Notes under the pieces: generated by a model
What the model saw: the letters and a program-made list of their open reading frames with translations, nothing else
Told to the model about the DNA's origin: nothing
Databases searched by the model: none
Part shown: piece by piece, positions 24,356-32,257 of the stretch
How positions within the stretch are numbered: the stretch's first letter is position 1
Layout: every line of letters begins with the position of its first letter
IMG/VR virus record: IMGVR_UViG_3300031454_000259
Coordinates: 1-37,460 of that record
DNA length: 37,460 bases
Reading direction: 5' to 3' (one strand)
Source: a virus
Taxonomy: Duplodnaviria > Caudoviricetes
Program-made: the position numbers and the translations under genes

Positions 24356-25323
24356 CGCTGCTGCTCGGCGGTGCTGTCGGTGCGCCGGACGGTGGGCAGG
24401 GTGGCGGGCAGGGGCCGGTCGTCCCGGTCGCCCCGCCCAGCGCCCCGCCGCCGCTGCCCGAGCGGGACTCGACCCCGCTGCGGCAGCTGCTCACCGGCGG
24501 CGACGGGTCGGTGTGGGAGCTGACCGGCCGGACGTCGGGGGTGCAGCTCAAGCGCGGGCTCCGCGGCTTGTGGTTCGCGCCTGAGGAGGCGTACCGCGAC
24601 GAGTCGCCGGCGGCCGCGGGCAGCCAGTACCGGGGCTCCCGCACGCTCGAGCGGGAGGCGGCGCTGCGCGTCGGGATCTACAGCGACGGCTCTTCCGCCG
24701 ACTGGTACGCCCACGCCGCCGCGTTCGCGCGAGCGCTGAACCCGCGGCGCGAGGTCGTGTGGACGGTCATCTCGCCGAGCGGCACGACGCGGCACCTGAC
24801 GATGCGCTTCGTCCCGAAGGACGGCGGCTTCGACGTCGACCCCGGCCAGGCCGGCTGGACGCTGCTGGACCTCGAGTTCGTCGCCGCCCAGCCGTACTGG
24901 CGCGGCGCCCCGGTCGTCCGGCCGTTCGAGGAGTCGGCTCCGCAGGACTTCCGGGCCGGCCCGCAGCGGTTCATCTCGGCGTCGAACACCCTGGGCCGGG
25001 CGAGCATCACCAACCCGGGTGACGTGCCGGCCTACTCGCTGTTCACCGTCGAGGGCCCGACGACCAGCGTCGCGGTCGGGGTCAACGGCCAGGTCACCGA
25101 GGTGCCGTTCGTCTTGCCCGCCGGCCGCAGCCTCGCGATCGACACCAGCCCCACCGGGCAGCTGGCCGTCGACAGCGCCGGGGTCGACCGGACCGCCGAG
25201 CTCGGCCAGGTCGCGTTCGTCCCCGTCCCGCCCGGCGAGCGGGTGCCGCTGACGCTGCGCATGGCCGGCACCGGCCGCGTCGTCATCTCCCTCACCCCGG
25301 AGTACGACTGTGCGTTCGCCTGA
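24352..25323 (+). CDS. Distal tail (Dit-like) protein
   Basis: Follows the tape measure; AAQPYWRG, ITNPGDVPAY, VEGP. Confidence 0.8.
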   Translation: MTLLLGGAVGAPDGGQGGGQGPVVPVAPPSAPPPLPERDSTPLRQLLTGGDGSVWELTGRTSGVQLKRGLRGLWFAPEEAYRDESPAAAGSQYRGSRTLEREAALRVGIYSDGSSADWYAHAAAFARALNPRREVVWTVISPSGTTRHLTMRFVPKDGGFDVDPGQAGWTLLDLEFVAAQPYWRGAPVVRPFEESAPQDFRAGPQRFISASNTLGRASITNPGDVPAYSLFTVEGPTTSVAVGVNGQVTEVPFVLPAGRSLAIDTSPTGQLAVDSAGVDRTAELGQVAFVPVPPGERVPLTLRMAGTGRVVISLTPEYDCAFA

Positions 25324-26671
25324 CGACGGCACGCCCCCGTTCCAGATCGAGGTCCTGGACCGGGACCGGAAGCTCAAGCAGTACGTGACGGCGCCGCTCG
25401 CGGTCAGCCTGGCGATCCGGCACAACGGCGCCGCCTACTGCTCGGTGGAGCTGAGCAACCTCGCTGCCGCGGTGCCGGCGCTGCTGGCCGAAGGCGCCCG
25501 GCTGCGGGTGACCTACGCCGGCGAGGTCCACACCGGCCCGGTCCGGCAGATCACCACGACCGGTTCGCGGCTGCGGGGCCGGGTCATCGCCGAGATGGAC
25601 GGTGACCTGCGGGTCGCGCTGATCTGCATGCTCGGCTGGCCGGTGCCCACCGCCGGGCTGACCGCGCAGACCCGGGAGTACGACGTCCGGTCCGGCCCGG
25701 CCGAGACCGTCGCGAAGGGGCTCACCGCCGCCAACGCCGCCCGGCTCGGTATCCGGCTGCGGGTGCTGCCCGACCGGGGCCGTGGCCGCCACGTCCGGGT
25801 CAACGGCCGGATGCACCCCACCGGCGACCTGCTGATGCCGCTCATCGACAAGGCCGGCATCGGCCTGACGCTGGTGCAGCAGGGCGCCGAGTTCGTTCTC
25901 GACGTGTACGAGCCCCGGACGTACCCCCGGACGCTGAGCGAGGCCGGCGGCACCGTCGTCGAGGCGAAGGTGACCCGGCAGGGCCCGACCTCCACGCGCG
26001 TGGTCGTCGGCGGCGGCGGCGAGGGCGTCAGGCGCGAGTTCATCCAGGTCGTCGACGAGGCCCGCGAGACCACGTGGGGCGACGTCGTCGAGGTCTTCCG
26101 CGACGCCGACGACGCGGCCTCGGACTACAACAGCGCGAAGACCGACCACCTGCAGGCGAAGAAGGACCTGGACGAGCGCAAGCGCGACGTCACCGAGGCC
26201 GACCTCGACCACCGGCTCGCGATCAAGGAGGAGTCGGGTGTCGCGGACTCCCTGACCCGGCTCACGGCTGCTCGTGCCGCGCGGGACAAGGCAGTCGCCG
26301 CCGTTGAGAGCGCCCGTGCCGCGGAGGCGAGCGAGCGCGCGAAGTACCGGGCCGAGCTGCTTGAGCGGGGCGCCGAGACCCTCGCCGAGGGCGCCCCCAC
26401 CTTCGGCCTGTCGGTGACGCTCAGCGAGACCAAGCACTTCCGGTACGGCGGCCCGTCCGGGCCGCGGGTCGGTGACCTGGTGCCGCTCGAGGTGGCCCCC
26501 GGCTTCGTGCACACCGACGTGCTGCGCGAGGTCGTCATCGACTGGACCACGCGCGGCGGCCTGCAGATCAAGCAGCTCGTCGGCGAGGTCGCGGGCGACA
26601 CCACCGACCGGATGGTCGGCGCTCTGACCGCGACGGCACGAGCCGTCCGGCGCTTCCTGGCAGGAAGGTAG
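25310..26671 (+). CDS. Minor tail/hub protein (ReqiPepy6 Gp37-like) with coiled-coil insert
   Basis: SGPAETVAK, TRVVVGGGGEG, EVFRDA, VGDLV; helical insert at about 26102-26370. Confidence 0.75.
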   Translation: MRSPDDGTPPFQIEVLDRDRKLKQYVTAPLAVSLAIRHNGAAYCSVELSNLAAAVPALLAEGARLRVTYAGEVHTGPVRQITTTGSRLRGRVIAEMDGDLRVALICMLGWPVPTAGLTAQTREYDVRSGPAETVAKGLTAANAARLGIRLRVLPDRGRGRHVRVNGRMHPTGDLLMPLIDKAGIGLTLVQQGAEFVLDVYEPRTYPRTLSEAGGTVVEAKVTRQGPTSTRVVVGGGGEGVRREFIQVVDEARETTWGDVVEVFRDADDAASDYNSAKTDHLQAKKDLDERKRDVTEADLDHRLAIKEESGVADSLTRLTAARAARDKAVAAVESARAAEASERAKYRAELLERGAETLAEGAPTFGLSVTLSETKHFRYGGPSGPRVGDLVPLEVAPGFVHTDVLREVVIDWTTRGGLQIKQLVGEVAGDTTDRMVGALTATARAVRRFLAGR

Positions 26672-26677
26672 GCCCGC

Positions 26678-27556
26678 GTGGTCGCCATCGTCAGCTCCGG
26701 CTACGCCGGCCCGATCTTCGACCCCGACTGGGCGGCGCAGGCCAACGACCTTCTCGGCAACGGCAGCCGGATCGTGTCCGGCTTCCGGGGCACGCCGGTC
26801 GCGGCCGGCACCCGGCAGACCAGCGTCTCCGCGGGCGTCGCCTACGGCTGCGGGGTGCGCGACGTGATGCCCGGCGCGACCGTCGTGCAGCACCCGACGG
26901 TGACCAGCGGCAGCCGGTGGGACGCCGTCGCGCTCCGCCGGGACTGGGGCACCCGCACGACCGCCCTGGCCGTCGTGCCCGGCGGGCCGAGCGAGGTGCT
27001 GCCCGGCAGCCTGCGCAACGAGCCGGGGGTGCTGCACGACGAGCCGATCCTGCTCGTGCAGGTCACGGCCGGGCAGACCGTTCCGACTGCGGTGCGCAAC
27101 CTCACGACCCCACCTCGACACGAGTCGCACGTGTTCGCCTACGCCCTGTCGGGTGACACCGTCGACGCCGCGAACGTGCTGGCGCCTTCTGGCGAGGAGT
27201 GGCCGCAGGAGGCCGCCGTCGCCCTGTTCATCCCCCGGTGGGCGAACCGGATCGCGGTCGCGACGACGTGGGGCGGCGTTCAGATCCCGCCGACCCCGGC
27301 GATCACCAGCACCGTCTACGGGGCGGCCTGGACGCGCCTGGAGACGTTCGACTTGCAGCCGTCCCGCTACTGGCTCAAGCCCGGCGACCAGGGCAGCACG
27401 AAGACGCTGCACGCCGCCGCGGAGATCGTCATCCCGGCGGTGCTGAAGGGCCGGGTCGCCCGTCTCTGCCCGCGCGCGCACGGCCCCACGTCCGGTCCGC
27501 AGGCGGTGCTCGACAACGTCTCGAGCGTGTCCATGCTCGTCGACCTCAAGGAGTAG
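26678..27556 (+). CDS. Minor tail protein
   Basis: RWDAVALRRDW...DEPILLVQV baseplate-type N-terminus. Confidence 0.7.
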   Translation: MVAIVSSGYAGPIFDPDWAAQANDLLGNGSRIVSGFRGTPVAAGTRQTSVSAGVAYGCGVRDVMPGATVVQHPTVTSGSRWDAVALRRDWGTRTTALAVVPGGPSEVLPGSLRNEPGVLHDEPILLVQVTAGQTVPTAVRNLTTPPRHESHVFAYALSGDTVDAANVLAPSGEEWPQEAAVALFIPRWANRIAVATTWGGVQIPPTPAITSTVYGAAWTRLETFDLQPSRYWLKPGDQGSTKTLHAAAEIVIPAVLKGRVARLCPRAHGPTSGPQAVLDNVSSVSMLVDLKE

Positions 27557-27560
27557 GCCC

Positions 27561-28160
27561 GTGGCCGTGCGCATCGTGAACGACGTCAAGCACTACGAGT
27601 TCGGCATCGCCACGTTCGTCTTCGAGAAGCCCGACGGCACGGTCGGCCTCGACAAGGACAAGGCGCTCACGCTGTACGCCAGCGAGACGAGCCCCGACGC
27701 GCCGATCGCGCTCGGCGCCGACCGGCTGCCCCTGACCGCGCCCAGGACCAACCAGTCCGGACAGAGCCCGTCCCTGTGGTCGCCGCAGTTCGACACGGTC
27801 TTCGCCGACGCCGGTGCCGGCCGGCTCCCGCTGGTCTGCCTCGACTTCGCCGAGGCGATCAACGACGTCGCCGCGACCGCCGCGTCGCTGGCTGCCGCCA
27901 GCCTGGAGGACCGCCTGCAGAAGATCGAGGCGGACGTCGCCGGCAAGTCCATCGGCCGGCTGGCCCTCGGGCAGATGCCCGAGGGACTGGCCGTCGTCGT
28001 CGACTACGAGAAGGGCACGCACGGCGCCGCCCCGAACAGCTGGCCCACTGCCCGGCCGACAACCCGCCCCGACATGCCGGTCTTCACCATCGGGCCGCTG
28101 CCGCACCCCGCATGGCGCCTGACGGGCGACCAGGAGCTCCGCCCGGAGACCACGGCGTGA
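27561..28160 (+). CDS. Minor tail/adaptor protein
   Basis: Coupled operon gene; C-terminal WPTARP...VFTIG..P.W...GD. Confidence 0.65.
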   Translation: MAVRIVNDVKHYEFGIATFVFEKPDGTVGLDKDKALTLYASETSPDAPIALGADRLPLTAPRTNQSGQSPSLWSPQFDTVFADAGAGRLPLVCLDFAEAINDVAATAASLAAASLEDRLQKIEADVAGKSIGRLALGQMPEGLAVVVDYEKGTHGAAPNSWPTARPTTRPDMPVFTIGPLPHPAWRLTGDQELRPETTA

Positions 28161-30997
28161 GGTTCTACCGCCTCATGGCGGACCGCACCAGCCGGCTGCA
28201 CCGGCTGCGTCGGCTGTCAGCCGGTGCGGTCGTCTCGCCGTACGCCTACCTGCGGGGCGTCAACGCAGCCGGCGGGGAGTTCGGGGTCAACCACAACAAC
28301 CCGGCGGACACGACCGACCCGGCGACCCTGCCTGGCCGCCTCGACAGCGACGCCAGCTTCGCGTTCTACGCCGCGCGCGGGCACAAGGCCGTCCGGCTGC
28401 CGTTCCTGCTCGAGAAGGTCCAGCCGCTCCCCGGCGGCCCGCTGGACATGGGCTACATCGACGGCACGCTGTCCCCGGCCGTGCGGTCCGGGACGAGCCG
28501 CGGCATGGTCGTGATCCTCGACATGCACAACTACGCGCGGCGCAAGGGCGCGGGCTCGTCGAGCACCACCGGCGGGCTGCCGACCGGCTTCCGGGCGACG
28601 TTCAACTGCGACACGCTCGCGGACAAGCAGCAGTGGGCGCAGGCCGGCGGTACGCACGTCGTCATCCAGGCGCTGTGGTCGGACCTCGAGCCGACGAAGG
28701 GGACGCTGAACGCGGGCAAGCTGGCCGTGCTCAAGCAGCAGTTCGCGGACTGCGCGACCGCCGGGGTCGGTGTCATCTTCAGCTTCGCGACGCACTACAC
28801 CCCCGATTGGATCAAGTCGGGGCCGGCTGCGGCGCCCCGGTTCCAGGCCAACACCTACGCCGAGTGGGCGTCCGCGAACCACCTCGGCGACGACATCCCC
28901 GATGTGGTCTTCTCGAAGGTCGCGCGTGACGCGATCAGCGCCTTCCAGGCCCGCCTCTGGGCCGCCCTCACGGTCGCCGAGAAGGCGCTGATCCACGACG
29001 TGCGGCTCGGTGGCGGCCCGTACGGTGAGCTGCACTACCCGAGTCCGGGCGACCCCCGCCGCTGGTGGGGCAACAGCGCCCCCGCAGCGACCGGCGTCGG
29101 CCTGGCCGACGGGATGGTGAAGTGCCCGGTCTCCCCGGTGTTCACCGGCACGCCGAGCCCCGCGTACGTCGAGTGGTACCTCGACGCGTTGGTGCGCTAC
29201 ATGCTCTGGCAGATCGACCAGCTGCGCCGGCTGCTGGGGTACGCCGGCGAGACGCACATGCTGCTGCCGTCCTTCGGGCTGCGCGACAACATGGCCTACG
29301 GCGAGACCGGCTGGTCATACCAGGCCGCCGAGGGCGTCGCCTTCGAGCGGCAGATCGCCGCCTTCCGGGCCGTCGACAAGCACGTCTGGCCGCAGTGCAC
29401 GTGGGTCAACGGCGAGGACCCGGTGCCCGGCGGCATCCCGGACTCCGACCGCGCGGCGCACCGCAAGATCGGTGAGCTGGCGGTCAAGTACGGCTGCACG
29501 CAGTACTTGGCCGGCGAGAACACCGGTGGCAACGCGCAGGCCGGCTTCGATGACAACGCCGACATCGACCGCATGTTCAGCGCGGACGGGGCGTACGGCG
29601 GCGGGGGCTACAAGGGCCTGTCGTGGCTCAACTTCCCGCGCCTCGTCGGCCGGGAGGCGGGCGTGCACGCCACGCTCGCCCACCTGTCCCAGCGGATGCC
29701 GTCCCGCACGAGTGGGACGGCGGGCAGCAGCGGTCAGCACCTGGTGCTCGGCGAGCCCGGTTTTCCGCACGAGCACCTGGCCGACGTCTGGGGCCGCCTC
29801 GCCGCGATCTACAGGACCGACCCGCTGGTGCACTTCGGCTTGATGAACGAGCCGCACGACCTGCCGGCCGTGTCCGGCGCCTTCGAGGGCCGGGTCGTCT
29901 ACGCCTTCGACACCTCGGCGCAGGGCTGGGGTGGCGACGCCTGCACGGTGGCGTGGACCAGCGCGGTGAAGCGCGACGGCGCCGGCAGCCTCGCGGTCAC
30001 CGCGAACGACCTGACGAACGCCGCCAACAAGGTCTTCATCGCCAACGACTCGAACGGCAACACGATGGTCCCGGCGGCCGGGAAGACCCTGCGGGCGTGG
30101 GTCCTCGTGCCCGCCGGGGCGACCGGCGGCAACTGGCGGGCCCGGGTGCTGCTGCAGAACGGCTCCTACGCCTACCAGTCCGGCCCCGACACGGCCCTGA
30201 CGCCCGGCACGTGGGCCGAGGTGTCCTTCACTCCGCCGGACGCGCTGTGGGCCGACCACAAGGCCGTCGCGGTCCAGTTCACCGTCGACAGCCCGACCGG
30301 CACGACGCAGACCGTGCACGTCGACACGGTGCGGCAGGGCACGGTCGCGAACGCCCGCACGCCCGCGCAGAGCTGGGAGGTCCCGGCGCAGCTGTCGCTC
30401 GACGCGATCCGCGCGGCCGGCGCGAGCAACTGGGTGTGGGTCGCGGGCTACGAGTGGAGCAACGCCCGGCGGTTCTGGGACATCCACCCCACCTGGTGGA
30501 TCAAGGACCCGGTGCTGCGGTCCGGTCCGGAGGCGCACTACTACCCGGACCCGGACGGCAACGGGGTGTTCGGCGACAACGGCGACAGCTACGCGTCGGC
30601 GACCACTGCGGCGAAGGCCGCCGGCTACCCGACGCTCGAGTCGCGGGTGCGCGCCGAGCTCGGGCGCTTCCTCGACGGATGCACGGCCCGTGGCCTTCGC
30701 GGGCTCATCGGCGAGATGGGCTGGCCGAAGGCGGACGACTCGGCGCAGTGGAACGGCGCCGGCGAGCTGATCTACGACCTGTGCGACGCCGCCGGCGTCG
30801 ACGTCACCTACTGGGCGGCGGGCGAGCCGTGGGGCACCGGCTACGAGATGTCGATCTACCACGGCACCCCGCAGTCGGTCCCGACGGCGGTCGCAGCCGT
30901 CGTCGAGGCGCACCCGAGCGTCGCCGCCGGCAGCGGCACCGGCCCGACCCCCACCCCGACGGCCGACACCTACTCCGGCTACGAGCTCGGCTACTAG
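28157..30997 (+). CDS. 946-aa multi-domain glycoside hydrolase: GH5 barrel interrupted by a GH14/GH42-like barrel and a CBM-like domain
   Basis: GH5 motifs RGVN..G.EFG, VRLPF, ILDMHNY, MNEP (E 29849), EAHYY, IGEMG (E 30713), YWAAG. Insert motifs WSDLEP, HYTPDW, GGGPYGELHYPS, LAGEN. Confidence 0.8.
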   Translation: MRFYRLMADRTSRLHRLRRLSAGAVVSPYAYLRGVNAAGGEFGVNHNNPADTTDPATLPGRLDSDASFAFYAARGHKAVRLPFLLEKVQPLPGGPLDMGYIDGTLSPAVRSGTSRGMVVILDMHNYARRKGAGSSSTTGGLPTGFRATFNCDTLADKQQWAQAGGTHVVIQALWSDLEPTKGTLNAGKLAVLKQQFADCATAGVGVIFSFATHYTPDWIKSGPAAAPRFQANTYAEWASANHLGDDIPDVVFSKVARDAISAFQARLWAALTVAEKALIHDVRLGGGPYGELHYPSPGDPRRWWGNSAPAATGVGLADGMVKCPVSPVFTGTPSPAYVEWYLDALVRYMLWQIDQLRRLLGYAGETHMLLPSFGLRDNMAYGETGWSYQAAEGVAFERQIAAFRAVDKHVWPQCTWVNGEDPVPGGIPDSDRAAHRKIGELAVKYGCTQYLAGENTGGNAQAGFDDNADIDRMFSADGAYGGGGYKGLSWLNFPRLVGREAGVHATLAHLSQRMPSRTSGTAGSSGQHLVLGEPGFPHEHLADVWGRLAAIYRTDPLVHFGLMNEPHDLPAVSGAFEGRVVYAFDTSAQGWGGDACTVAWTSAVKRDGAGSLAVTANDLTNAANKVFIANDSNGNTMVPAAGKTLRAWVLVPAGATGGNWRARVLLQNGSYAYQSGPDTALTPGTWAEVSFTPPDALWADHKAVAVQFTVDSPTGTTQTVHVDTVRQGTVANARTPAQSWEVPAQLSLDAIRAAGASNWVWVAGYEWSNARRFWDIHPTWWIKDPVLRSGPEAHYYPDPDGNGVFGDNGDSYASATTAAKAAGYPTLESRVRAELGRFLDGCTARGLRGLIGEMGWPKADDSAQWNGAGELIYDLCDAAGVDVTYWAAGEPWGTGYEMSIYHGTPQSVPTAVAAVVEAHPSVAAGSGTGPTPTPTADTYSGYELGY

Positions 30998-31009
30998 AGG
31001 AGACCGCAC

Positions 31010-32257
31010 GTGGCAACCACCCCTCCCGCCCTCGACGCCGTCACCGACCTCACGGTCGACGTCGACCTGGCCTTCGGCGACGACCAGGCCCGGCCTGGTG
31101 TCGTCGTCCACCAGCGCGACCACGACCGCATCCACCGGGCCCTGCGGGCGATCCGCGAGGTGTGGGGCAACGTCCTGGTCGCCGCGCAGCTGGGCGTCCC
31201 GACCGCGAACGGCACCGTCGGGATCGCGACCCTGGACAGCTCCGGCCGGGTCCCCGGCTCGCAGCTCCCGCCGGCCAGCGCCGTGCCGGGCGCCGTCACG
31301 ACGTTCTCCGGCACCAGCCGCACCCTCGTGGCGGCCGACGCCGACCGGCTGCTGCGCTCGCTGAGCGCCACCGCCTGCACGGTCGTGTGCCCGTCCGACA
31401 CCGCCCAGACGATCCCGGTCGGCAGCGCCTTCGCTCTCATGCAGGGCGCGTCTGGTGAGCTGACCGTCAGCGGCGGCGCGTCCGGGGCGAGCAGCGCGGT
31501 GCGACGCAACCTGCTCGAGGGCGGCACCGACGGGCAGCCGGTGACGACCGCCTACAGCGCGGGCGGCGACCCGTTCGACGAGGTCGTGGGCGTCACCTTC
31601 TCCGCGGCCGCCGCCGCTGAGGGCACCATGGGGATGCGCGCGACGCTCGCGAACAGCCTCGCCGCGTACATCGGCTGGTTCTGGAGCTTCGGGCCGGCCG
31701 TCGCCGTGCGCGACGTCTGGAAGGTCCCGACCGCGCCGATGAACCACAACGTCCGGCTGGTCCGCGCCGTGCAGTCCGGCGGCGCCGTCGCCTTCGAGGT
31801 GCGCTACAACCAGGCCGGCGAGATCGACCTGGTCAACACCGCGGGCGGCCAGGTGGGCATCGCCAAGGACGCCGGCGGGGTCAACTTCAAGCCGGCGGCG
31901 AACACCACCTACACGACCGAGGTGCTGGTCAACACCACGACCGGCGCGTGGACGCTCAACGTCTACACCGGCCGGTGGGCCGGCACCGGCAGCCCCGTCG
32001 CGTCGGCGTCCGGCACCTCGTCCTTCGCCGCGGTGACGATCGTCCGCATCGGCGACCTGTCCGGGACCGTCATCGCCTCGGCGTACGTCGACCACGACGA
32101 CCTCGCGCTCGGCACCAGCCTGCCGCTGGGCGCTCAGGGCGCCGTGACCGTCCGGTCCTACGGCAGCGGCCGCACCCTCGCCGGGCAGTGGGCGGGCGCG
32201 ACGCTGACGAAGATCGGGCCGAACGAGTGGTGGCTCGAGGGGAACGTGGCCGCGTGA
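31010..32257 (+). CDS. Tail adaptor/fibre protein with inserted beta-sandwich (lectin-like) domain
   Basis: RBS GAGGAG. ATLDSSGRVPGSQLP; RTLVAADA...PVGS...Q; insert; then LAGQWAGATLTKIGPNEWWLEG. Confidence 0.7.
   Translation: MATTPPALDAVTDLTVDVDLAFGDDQARPGVVVHQRDHDRIHRALRAIREVWGNVLVAAQLGVPTANGTVGIATLDSSGRVPGSQLPPASAVPGAVTTFSGTSRTLVAADADRLLRSLSATACTVVCPSDTAQTIPVGSAFALMQGASGELTVSGGASGASSAVRRNLLEGGTDGQPVTTAYSAGGDPFDEVVGVTFSAAAAAEGTMGMRATLANSLAAYIGWFWSFGPAVAVRDVWKVPTAPMNHNVRLVRAVQSGGAVAFEVRYNQAGEIDLVNTAGGQVGIAKDAGGVNFKPAANTTYTTEVLVNTTTGAWTLNVYTGRWAGTGSPVASASGTSSFAAVTIVRIGDLSGTVIASAYVDHDDLALGTSLPLGAQGAVTVRSYGSGRTLAGQWAGATLTKIGPNEWWLEGNVAA

Noticed and set aside
28157-28230. Possible Tat signal peptides (LRRL here, VRRL at 32254)
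   Set aside because: Twin arginines are present but there is no adequate hydrophobic h-region, and the tail-operon context favours virion proteins.
28577-29700. Intein or intron as the explanation for the insert in the GH5 gene
   Set aside because: No C/S...HN splice junction or homing-endonuclease motifs; the frame is continuous and the insert has glycosidase motifs with Gly/Ser linkers.
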